17,338 nucleotides of DNA from an uncultured archaeon (GTDB lineage Archaea > Asgardarchaeota > Thorarchaeia > Thorarchaeales > Thorarchaeaceae). This document shows positions 8,715 through 16,389 of the stretch, piece after piece (position 1 is the stretch's first letter; each line of letters begins with the position of its first letter). A program made the position numbers and the translations under genes. The notes beneath the pieces are model-generated. The model saw only the letters and a list, made by a program, of their open reading frames with translations, was not told the origin of the DNA and ran no database searches. Location of the stretch: NCBI GenBank assembly GCA_964590575.1, contig CAZPWM010000067.1:1-17338 (forward strand), in the 5' to 3' direction.

Positions 8715-8738
8715 ATGATTTGTTGCAATCATTAAAAC
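8715..8738 (+). promoter_or_regulatory. Possible archaeal TATA-like element with an overlapping inverted repeat upstream of pccB
   Basis: TTAAAA at 8732-8737 lies ~21 nt before ATG 8758 (leaderless-type spacing). An ATGATT-N6-AATCAT inverted repeat spans 8715-8732. Confidence 0.25.
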
Positions 8739-8757
8739 GTTTGGAGCATCGAGCGAT

Positions 8758-10311
8758 ATGACTGATTCTAAGGACAAATTTGAGGAACTCTCAAGACTCA
8801 GAGAGGAATCAAAGCTTGGCGGTGGAGAAGAACGAATCAAGAAAGAGCATGAAAAAGGACGACTTACTGCGAGAGAACGTCTTGATAAGCTTCTTGATCC
8901 AGAGTCATTTGTTGAGATTGATGAGTTCGTCGTCCATCGAGAAACAGGATTTGGTTTGGAAGATCAGAAGATTCTCGGCGATGGTGTTGTTACTGGTTTT
9001 GGCACCATAAATGGTCGTAAGGTATTCATCTTCAGCCAAGACTTCACTGTATGGGGTGGTTCGCTTTCTGAGATGTATGGGGGTAAAATGGTTAAGATAA
9101 TGGAATTTGCAATGGAAACGGGTGCTCCAATAATCGGGATCAATTCCGGAGCCGGCGCACGGTTATATGAAGGAATCCGCTCACTCGTCAGTTACGCGAA
9201 CGTGTTCAAACTCAACACCCTCGCGAGCGGAGTCATCCCGCAGATATCGGCGATAATGGGTCCGTGCGCAGGCGGAGCGGTGTACAGCCCCGCAGTGACG
9301 GACTTTACGATAATGGTGAAAGGAACTTCCCAGATGTATATCACTGGTCCAGATGTTATCAAAACGGTCACAGGCGAGGAGGTCACCCACGAGGAGCTGG
9401 GTGGAGCAATGACCCATAACTCACTGAGTGGCGTTGCCCAATTTGCCAGCGAAGATGAGGACCACTGCTTCGAACAGATAAAGACACTTCTCAGTTACAT
9501 GCCTCAGAATAATCTCGAGGACCCCCCAAGGATTGACACTGGTCATGCCCCTAACGATGTCGACGAGTCAATTGATGAGTTCATACCTGATGATCCGAAT
9601 AAACCGTACGATATGCGCGAAGTAGTGAAACTGCTTGTTGATAATGGTGAGTTCTTCGAAGTGCATGAACACTGGGCAAAGAACATGCTAGTCGGATTTG
9701 CTCGATTTGATGGACGTTCAGTGGGAATTGTGGGGAATAATCCAGCTCACCTTGCAGGAACCCTCGATATCAACGCTTCAGACAAGTGTGCTCGGTTCGT
9801 CAGATTCTGTGATGCGTTCAATATTCCAATTGTTACATTCATGGATGTACCCGGATATCTCCCCGGAACCACTCAGGAATGGGGCGGCATCATCCGACAT
9901 GGAGCAAAGATTCTCTATGCATTTGCAGAGGCAACCGTGCCGATGATCACAATTGTCACTCGTAAGGGCTATGGTGGCGCCTTTGACGTCATGGCATCAA
10001 AGCATATCGGGGCGGACCTCGTCTACGCCTGGCCCACTGCTGAGATTGCAGTAATGGGTCCGGATGGAGCGATTAACATCATCTTCCGGAAGGAGATCGA
10101 GGCTGCGAAGGACAAGGAGAAGAAGCGGGCACAGCTTGTCAAGGAGTATCGAGAGAAGTTTGCGAACCCCTATGTCGCGGCTGGGCTCGGATACATTGAC
10201 AAGGTCATCTTCCCGCGAGAAACACGACCACTAATTTGTAGTGGTCTGGAGATGTTGGAGAGCAAGAGGAAGACAAGACCCCCTAAGAAGCATGGGAATA
10301 TTCCTCTATAA
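8758..10311 (+). CDS. pccB: Acyl-CoA carboxylase carboxyltransferase (beta) subunit, PccB / methylmalonyl-CoA decarboxylase alpha family
   Basis: 517 aa with family motifs GRLTARERL..LLDP, GDGVVTG.G.INGR, QDFTV.GGS, ASGVIPQISAIMGPCAGGAVYSPA.TDF, RFVRFCDAFNIP, GGIIRHGAK, AWPTAEIAVMG and C-terminal KKHGNIPL. Confidence 0.93.
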   Translation: MTDSKDKFEELSRLREESKLGGGEERIKKEHEKGRLTARERLDKLLDPESFVEIDEFVVHRETGFGLEDQKILGDGVVTGFGTINGRKVFIFSQDFTVWGGSLSEMYGGKMVKIMEFAMETGAPIIGINSGAGARLYEGIRSLVSYANVFKLNTLASGVIPQISAIMGPCAGGAVYSPAVTDFTIMVKGTSQMYITGPDVIKTVTGEEVTHEELGGAMTHNSLSGVAQFASEDEDHCFEQIKTLLSYMPQNNLEDPPRIDTGHAPNDVDESIDEFIPDDPNKPYDMREVVKLLVDNGEFFEVHEHWAKNMLVGFARFDGRSVGIVGNNPAHLAGTLDINASDKCARFVRFCDAFNIPIVTFMDVPGYLPGTTQEWGGIIRHGAKILYAFAEATVPMITIVTRKGYGGAFDVMASKHIGADLVYAWPTAEIAVMGPDGAINIIFRKEIEAAKDKEKKRAQLVKEYREKFANPYVAAGLGYIDKVIFPRETRPLICSGLEMLESKRKTRPPKKHGNIPL

Positions 10312-10532
10312 GATTGGTTTCCAGTACGGACTATGGTTTTTTGGAGTTCAAACATATTCACTCCGTTTCCGCCAAGATGAAGGTCCTACTTACTCATCGA
10401 AAGGTCGATCTATCTCAGGAGCACCTGCTACCCTCATCAACGAAATACTGACTGGGACAATTATACTTTAAAACAACGGACTTTCTTAAAGAAACTCAGA
10501 TTCTCAAAAAATGAATTACTAAGGTTACGACA

Positions 10533-10922
10533 ATGATTATTCCCATTTTCTTAGGGGTACTATGTTCGAGATATTCAGACACTAAACGATCTGCACTGAT
10601 TGTGGCTGCAGGAATCGGATTCTTGATTGGTATCATTTCAGGACTACACATATTGCCACTTGCATATCCACTCTATGCAATAGTCACTCACACAACTCAT
10701 ACCTCTTATGGTCTGTTCTACAACATTGAAGCCTATCTGTTTTACAGTGGTTGGAGGATTTGGAGTGGCGGAGTGATCGATCTCATCTGGCTCTCGCCAC
10801 TAATTCCACTACTCTTCATACCTACAGGTGCGATTGGCTGTCTTCTTGGAGTTTACTTTTCGTGGAGTCGCGTTCACAGGTTTCCAACTGAAGTTTGGCC
10901 CCAAGAGAAACCAGACCGTTGA
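10533..10922 (+). CDS. Small hypothetical membrane protein (cargo of cassette 1)
   Basis: 129 aa with several hydrophobic segments (SALIVAAGIGFLIGIISGL; LIWLSPLIPLLFIPTGAIGCLLGVYF). Its last ~7 codons and stop are read out of frame from pccB tip copy 2. Confidence 0.65.
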   Translation: MIIPIFLGVLCSRYSDTKRSALIVAAGIGFLIGIISGLHILPLAYPLYAIVTHTTHTSYGLFYNIEAYLFYSGWRIWSGGVIDLIWLSPLIPLLFIPTGAIGCLLGVYFSWSRVHRFPTEVWPQEKPDR

Positions 10923-10999
10923 TATGCAGTGGTCTAGAGATGCTGGAGCGCAAGAGAAAAACACGACCCCCAAAGAAGCACGGGAATATTCCTCTGTGA
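10901..10999 (+). pseudogene. pccB 3'-end fragment, copy 2 (32 codons plus stop)
   Basis: Encodes PRETRPLICSGLEMLERKRKTRPPKKHGNIPL*, versus PRETRPLICSGLEMLESKRKTRPPKKHGNIPL* at 10213-10311. By hand count there are 19 nt differences in 99, and only one changes an amino acid. Confidence 0.95.
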
Positions 11000-11264
11000 A
11001 CCACATCTCTTCTCAGTTGATTCAAGATAGCATTGAGTCTATTGAACGGAATAACTTATCTAGACACCCAACTAAACATATGTTGAATGGGATTACTGCT
11101 ACTATTTTGATTTAATTTTAAACTAGACAACAATCAGAAGGATAGCAATCACGACTATCGCGGAAACCACTTTCAGGATTTGCTTATCACTGCAGAACAG
11201 CATGATAATAATATTAAAGACCAATTCCTTGATTAATACAAGATGAGTGAACTAGGTGAGCACT

Positions 11265-11570
11265 ATGAGAATTGAGATCAATATGCCATCAAAGAAACAG
11301 CTAGCGGATTTTTCCAAGCTTTATAACATCCGAAAACTCGCTCTTTTTGGTTCTGTCCTTCGTGATGATTTTGGTCCGGACAGCGATATCGATGTTCTCG
11401 TAGAATTCGATCCTAAGCATATTCCAGGTTTTTTTGAATTAATGCAGATGGAAGAAGAGCTCTCCATCCTTTTTGGCAGGTCAGTAGACTTGCGAACTCC
11501 TCGGGACTTAAGCAGGTACTTTCGTGAAGAAGTGATAGCGACGGCGGAGGTCCAATATCTTGCGCCCTGA
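11265..11570 (+). CDS. Minimal nucleotidyltransferase (MNT), MntA-type antitoxin
   Basis: LALFGSVLRDDFGPDSDIDVLVEF (GS...DxD) and EEELSILFGRSVDL. An AGGTGA SD at 11254-11259 favours ATG 11265 over GTG 11256. Confidence 0.92.
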   Translation: MRIEINMPSKKQLADFSKLYNIRKLALFGSVLRDDFGPDSDIDVLVEFDPKHIPGFFELMQMEEELSILFGRSVDLRTPRDLSRYFREEVIATAEVQYLAP

Positions 11571-11910
11571 TGAAATCAGGCTTCGTCATATGCTTGATGC
11601 AATCCGCGAAGCACTTTCATTCACGGGTGACAAGACTCGTGAAGATATAGAATCCAATCGAATACTTAGTCTTGCACTAGTTCAGCTTCTTGAGATAATT
11701 GGAGAAGCAGCAAATGGTATAACAATTGAATTTCGTCATAGTCATCCAGAAGTACCTTGGGACTCCATGATTAGAATGCGTCATAGATTAATCCATGGCT
11801 ATTTCGATGTGGATTTAGACATTGTTTGGCAGACGATCGTTGCAGACTTGCCGCCACTGCTAGGGCGGCTGGAAGTCATTGTGAATAATATCGAAAAACA
11901 CCATAAATGA
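11560..11910 (+). CDS. HEPN (DUF86, HepT-like) ribonuclease toxin
   Basis: LEIIGEAA...HPEVPW...MRHRLIHGYFDVDLDIVW (Rx4HxY motif). The TTG start overlaps the MNT stop, the classic MNT-HEPN arrangement. Confidence 0.92.
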   Translation: MRPDEIRLRHMLDAIREALSFTGDKTREDIESNRILSLALVQLLEIIGEAANGITIEFRHSHPEVPWDSMIRMRHRLIHGYFDVDLDIVWQTIVADLPPLLGRLEVIVNNIEKHHK

Positions 11911-11912
11911 GG

Positions 11913-12158
11913 GGGGTTGTCAACATCTCCATCCAGAATGAGAACAAGACTGCAAAGGACAAGGAGAAGAAACGGGCTGAGCTTGTGAAAGATTAATGTG
12001 AAAAGTTTACGAATCCCTACATTGCAGCTGTACTAGGGTACATTGACAAGGTGATCTTCCCCCGAGAAACGAAACCGCTAATTTGTAGTGGTCTGGAGAT
12101 GCTGGAGAGCAAGAGGAAGTCGCGACCTCCAAAGAAACACGGAAATATTCCATTATGA
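11913..12158 (+). pseudogene. pccB 3'-end fragment, copy 3 (81 codons plus stop, with an internal stop)
   Basis: Colinear without indels with 10066-10311: GVVNISIQNENKTAKDKEKKRAELVKD*CEKFTNPYIAAVLGYIDKVIFPRETKPLICSGLEMLESKRKSRPPKKHGNIPL*. The premature TAA is at 11994-11996. Confidence 0.95.
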
Positions 12159-12691
12159 TTCTCAAATAATACTGAGGTCAAACTACGCTTTTCTACTCAA
12201 GAAAATCACCTCTTCGATTTGCAGGTCAGAATCCCTCTCCTTCTGGTATCCATCTTGGAACAATCATTGGACTAAGAAGTAGTCCATCTGATAGGAACGG
12301 GCAAGAATTAGATCGCATCGATGCAATGGCAGATACGAATTGAAGATGTACAAAGAAGACTCATTACATCATACTAGCTTCTTCTAGGTGGGACTGGAAC
12401 TAGTGATTGATGAAATGGTTGCTATGCTTCCTCTCACAACTGATCCATGGATGGGGTGAAACATTGCCTAAGGCACGGGAAATGATGATTTTAAAAAGTG
12501 CATCATCTGTTCTGCCAAGTTTCATCACGGTTCTTGACGTAGAGGGATACTACTTAGGTGCAGTCATAGAGTTTGAGAAGCCGTTAAGGCAATCATGGTG
12601 CGAATTGGCCAATCCAAGCATATGGGAAAGCGAGCAATTGAGATGGCAAACTAGCGGTTTACAGGCATCATGCGGGGAGGGAAGGCTCTAG

Positions 12692-14209
12692 ATGTCGACA
12701 CATCTTATAACAGCCAAGCAGCTCTTGTACGTAATCGTGTCAATTCTCATTGGAATTGCCCTCTACATTGCAAGTCGCTATAGCTACCTGCTTTTCCATA
12801 GTGTTGTTGAGGAATTCAGCATTCTTGTTGCGTTTGGAGTATTTCTCGTTGGATGGTACTCTATCAAATACACTGAGAACAGAGCTTTCCTCATTTTGGG
12901 AATTGCTTTCTTCTTTATTGGTTGGATCGACTTTTTTCACACTCTTGCTTACCCAGGTATGGGCGTCTTTCCTGGATCTGATACTAATCTCGCTGCACAA
13001 CTATGGATTGTAGCTCGATACTTGGAGAGCATTACGCTTCTCATCGCTCCGTTGGCTATACGAAGAAGTATCAACAGGACCTATGTAGCAGTTGCGTACT
13101 CTGTCATTTCTGGTCTTCTACTAGGAACGATTTTCGTCTGGCGTGTGTTCCCAGTCTGCTTCATTGAGGGTGTTGGCCTCACCCCATTCAAAATCATCAG
13201 TGAATACATCATCTCAGCCATCTTGGTCATGAGTGGTTTCCTGTTCTACAACAGAAGAAGCAAGTTCGACTCCTCTACCATACGACTCCTGATCATCGCA
13301 GTCAGTTTCACAATAGCTTCTGAACTCGCTTTTACGCTCTATACTGATGCCTACGGCATTGCTAACGCGGTAGGGCACTATTTTAAGATAATCGCTTTCT
13401 ACTTCATCTACCAAGCAATTATTCAAGCGAGCCTAGTCCGGCCATATGACACTCTATTCAAAGACCTGAAGCAATCAAGAGAAATGGAAGCTACACATGC
13501 CACTCAACTTGAAGCACTTAACAAGGAGTTGGAGTCTTTCTCTTACTCGGTATCACACGACCTGCGAGCCCCTCTAAGAACTGTGGATGGATTCAGCGTC
13601 GCCTTGGAAAAAAGCTCTGCAGATCGACTTGATGACGTTGGTCGACACTACTTGAATCGTATCAGAGCAGGATGTCAACGGATGAGTGACCTCATTGATG
13701 CGCTCCTGCAATTATCACGATTATCCAGAACCCAGCTCCAGCGAACTACTGTGAGTTTGACCGCTATAGCACGCGAGATCCTTAACACACTGGCTCAGAC
13801 ATCACCGGAGCGCAACGTAGCGTCTATAATAGCAGATGGAATGACTGTCAAAGCAGATGAACATCTACTGCATATAGCAATGACCAATCTACTTGAGAAT
13901 GCTTGGAAATTCACTAGATCCCATTCGAAAGCGAGGATTGAGGTGGGAAAAGCCACACAGGAAGGTCGAGAGGTATTTTTCGTACGCGATGATGGTGTTG
14001 GTTTTGACATGAAATATGCTGACAAGATATTCGTTCCATTTCAACGCTTTCATTCACATAAGGAATTCGAGGGGTCTGGAATAGGCTTGGCCACGGTTCA
14101 GAGGATTATCTCGCGTCATGGCGGCCAGGTTTGGGCTGAAAGCACCCCTGAACAAGGAACGACTTTCTACTTCACACTTGGGCCGAAGGAAACGAACATC
14201 AATCAATGA
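12692..14209 (+). CDS. Membrane sensor histidine kinase, MASE3-type sensor plus HisKA and HATPase (Cph1/BphP-like kinase core)
   Basis: MASE3-like SYLLFHSVVE...DFFHTLAYPGMGVF...NLAAQLWIVARY...GLTPFKIISEY...SELAFTLY; H-box SYSVSHDLRAPLR; N-box NLLENAWKF; G1 VRDDGVGFDM; G2 GSGIGLA. Confidence 0.92.
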   Translation: MSTHLITAKQLLYVIVSILIGIALYIASRYSYLLFHSVVEEFSILVAFGVFLVGWYSIKYTENRAFLILGIAFFFIGWIDFFHTLAYPGMGVFPGSDTNLAAQLWIVARYLESITLLIAPLAIRRSINRTYVAVAYSVISGLLLGTIFVWRVFPVCFIEGVGLTPFKIISEYIISAILVMSGFLFYNRRSKFDSSTIRLLIIAVSFTIASELAFTLYTDAYGIANAVGHYFKIIAFYFIYQAIIQASLVRPYDTLFKDLKQSREMEATHATQLEALNKELESFSYSVSHDLRAPLRTVDGFSVALEKSSADRLDDVGRHYLNRIRAGCQRMSDLIDALLQLSRLSRTQLQRTTVSLTAIAREILNTLAQTSPERNVASIIADGMTVKADEHLLHIAMTNLLENAWKFTRSHSKARIEVGKATQEGREVFFVRDDGVGFDMKYADKIFVPFQRFHSHKEFEGSGIGLATVQRIISRHGGQVWAESTPEQGTTFYFTLGPKETNINQ

Positions 14210-14438
14210 TGACCAAAAGGTGTTATCTGGGTTGAACTCTCTCTTCAATCGCATAAGTGTTATGATGGCTGATTCGAATAAGGAAACATCTGCTGATTGC
14301 AGTATATTCGACGTTCTATTTTTTTCCAAGAACTCAGTAGAAATTAGTTTTGAATTATGGGATGTAACCGAGATACATTCTTTAGTATACAGTGGATAGA
14401 AGAACAAACCGTGCGGAGCTATTGCTGGCGCTTACATA

Positions 14439-15965
14439 ATGCCTGCAAAAACGCTTGGGGACTACACTTTGACGGGCTCACCGGTAACCAATACTACTGA
14501 TGCAGAGGATGTATCCGTAGTAACTCGCGTTGTGCGAGCAATAGACAGAGTGCTACAAGACACGCTGGACTGCAATAATGCAAGTGTTGTTGCCCAGCTA
14601 TGCTATTCGATATCTCGAGAATTGGTTGGTAATTCACCTGGTCATTTCTGCGACTTGGCTGTTGATGGAACTGAGTGCACGCTTGCCAATTGCGAATTAT
14701 GCGTAAGAGCCGCAAGAGAATCAGGAATAGAGAATGCAATGCTCGCAGAAGACGATATGGCTGAGGATAGCTGCTTTACCTCTATGCTGAGAGGTAAGTG
14801 CAATGTTTCGAATTGCACGATGCCGTGTTTCACTCTATACAAGGATCTTATCCTCAACATAATCGATGGTCTCGCTTATCACAGAATCATCAGAGACGAC
14901 AACGGCAATGCAGTGGACCTTGAGTTCACAGATGTCAATCCTGCATTTGAAACGATAACTGGAATAAAACGTGAGGTTGCTGCAGGCCGAAGAATTACTG
15001 AGTTTCTCCCCAAAATCAAAGAAGATCCGTTTGACTGGATTGGTTTCTATGGAGAAGTGGCTCAATCTGGGAAGCCGGTGACCATTGAGCAATACTCGCA
15101 TGCGCTCTCGCGCTGGTATCAAGTCCATTTGTGCCCTAAAGACCAAGATCATCTGATTGCCATCTTTTTTGATGTAACGAAGTTGAAGGAAACCGAACAA
15201 GAGCTGAGGTCTCTGAATGAACAACTAGAGCAACGAATAGAGGAAAAGACACGGCAGTTGAAGACCATAAATAACGAGCTTGACTCCTTTGCATACTCAA
15301 TTTCTCACGACCTACGTGCTCCACTTCGAGCGGTTGATGGCTTTAGTAGAGCGTTGCTAGAAACATACTCAGACAAACTCGACGAGAAAGGTCAACACTA
15401 TCTCGAAAGAATGCGGCTTGGCGCAAGTCGAATGGGTAAACTGATTGACAATCTTCTTAGACTATCAAGGATATCACGACGTTCATTGAACCTTAAGGAG
15501 GTAGATCTAAGCGTTCTAGTTCAGGAGATTATTACTGAGCTAAAGGAGAGAGATCCTGAGCGGTGCGTGGAGCTTCTTGTTCCTGAGACTCTAAATGCAT
15601 ATGCTGACGCATGGCTAATGAAAATAGTCTTGACAAACCTTTTGGATATTGCATGGAAATTCACTAGACTGAAGCAGACTGCTATAATTGAGATATCGAT
15701 TACGCTGGATAAGGGAAACCGCGTCTTCTATGTGAAAGACAATGGCATCGGTTTTGATATGCGGCATTCAGACAGTGTATTTGCTCCCTTTCAGAGGCTT
15801 CACTCAACGAATGAGTTTGAAGGGACTGAAATTGGCTTGGCCATAGTTCAGAGGATAATTCATAGGCATGGGGGTAGAATATGGGTTCAGAGCTCACCCG
15901 ATGAGGGTACCACATTCTATTTCACATTGAAGAAGGGTGATACAGGAATTGACTCAAGTGAATAA
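14439..15965 (+). CDS. Cytoplasmic PAS histidine kinase-like protein with a Cys-rich N-terminus and a degenerate ATP-binding domain
   Basis: PAS segment DGLAYHRII...FTDVNPAFETITG...FFDVT; coiled coil; H-box AYSISHDLRAPLR. The N-box reads NLLDIAWKF and G2 reads GTEIGLA. Confidence 0.88.
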   Translation: MPAKTLGDYTLTGSPVTNTTDAEDVSVVTRVVRAIDRVLQDTLDCNNASVVAQLCYSISRELVGNSPGHFCDLAVDGTECTLANCELCVRAARESGIENAMLAEDDMAEDSCFTSMLRGKCNVSNCTMPCFTLYKDLILNIIDGLAYHRIIRDDNGNAVDLEFTDVNPAFETITGIKREVAAGRRITEFLPKIKEDPFDWIGFYGEVAQSGKPVTIEQYSHALSRWYQVHLCPKDQDHLIAIFFDVTKLKETEQELRSLNEQLEQRIEEKTRQLKTINNELDSFAYSISHDLRAPLRAVDGFSRALLETYSDKLDEKGQHYLERMRLGASRMGKLIDNLLRLSRISRRSLNLKEVDLSVLVQEIITELKERDPERCVELLVPETLNAYADAWLMKIVLTNLLDIAWKFTRLKQTAIIEISITLDKGNRVFYVKDNGIGFDMRHSDSVFAPFQRLHSTNEFEGTEIGLAIVQRIIHRHGGRIWVQSSPDEGTTFYFTLKKGDTGIDSSE

Positions 15966-16386
15966 AACAATCCTACTGGTAGAAGATGATCCGGATGACG
16001 CAGAACTGGCAATCATGGCCTTGAGCGAAAGCAGGCTTGTCAATGAAATCAAGCATGTTTGGGATGGTGAAGAAGCGCTTCAGTTCTTACGGGATGAATC
16101 TCAGCAATCGCTCCCTCAGCTTATCCTCTTAGATCTCAAGCTGCCCAAGGTTAGCGGACTAGAAGTCTTGAAGCAAATTAGGTCAAGTCCTAGAACAAAC
16201 AGACTGCCAGTTGTCATATTGACTTCTTCTGATGAAGATCAAGACATTGCAGCGTGTTATGACTCGGGAGTCAATAGCTATATCCGGAAACCCATTGACT
16301 TCGATCAGTTCACTGAATGTGTGAAGCAGCTGGGCCTCTACTGGTTAGTTCTGAACATGAGGCCTCCTGAAAAACGAGGTGAGTGA
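15937..16386 (+). CDS. Single-domain response regulator (Rcp1-like receiver); true start probably TTG 15949 or GTG 15958
   Basis: ILLVEDD, phospho-acceptor LILLDLKLPKVSG, LTSS, YIRKP and C-terminal YWL. It overlaps the upstream kinase. Confidence 0.92.
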   Translation: MIQELTQVNKTILLVEDDPDDAELAIMALSESRLVNEIKHVWDGEEALQFLRDESQQSLPQLILLDLKLPKVSGLEVLKQIRSSPRTNRLPVVILTSSDEDQDIAACYDSGVNSYIRKPIDFDQFTECVKQLGLYWLVLNMRPPEKRGE

Positions 16387-16389
16387 GCA

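Noticed and set aside
10170-10365. Minus-strand ORF MNMFELQKTIVRTGNQ... with a GGAGTGA motif
   Set aside because: Most of it is antisense to pccB and it has no recognisable domain. It could be a truncated gene start, but this cannot be supported.
10213-12158. pccB-tip repeats as a CRISPR array or as DGR template/variable repeats
   Set aside because: The repeats are long, protein-coding, unequal in length and ~0.7-1.2 kb apart. The differences are mostly synonymous and not adenine-specific, and no cas or reverse transcriptase gene is in the window.
10241-12282. Similar short ORFs starting MVWRCWRARG (10241..10471 and 12088..12282) and ORF 10828..11115
   Set aside because: These are alternate-frame readings of the pccB tips, not independent genes.
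12268-12286. TGGACTA-N5-TAGTCCA hairpin downstream of tip 3
   Set aside because: A 7-bp stem with no U-tract and no counterpart after the other tips is compatible with chance.
12407-12691. 94-aa ORF directly upstream of the MASE3 kinase
   Set aside because: It has a TTG start and no recognisable motif. It may be spurious or a remnant.
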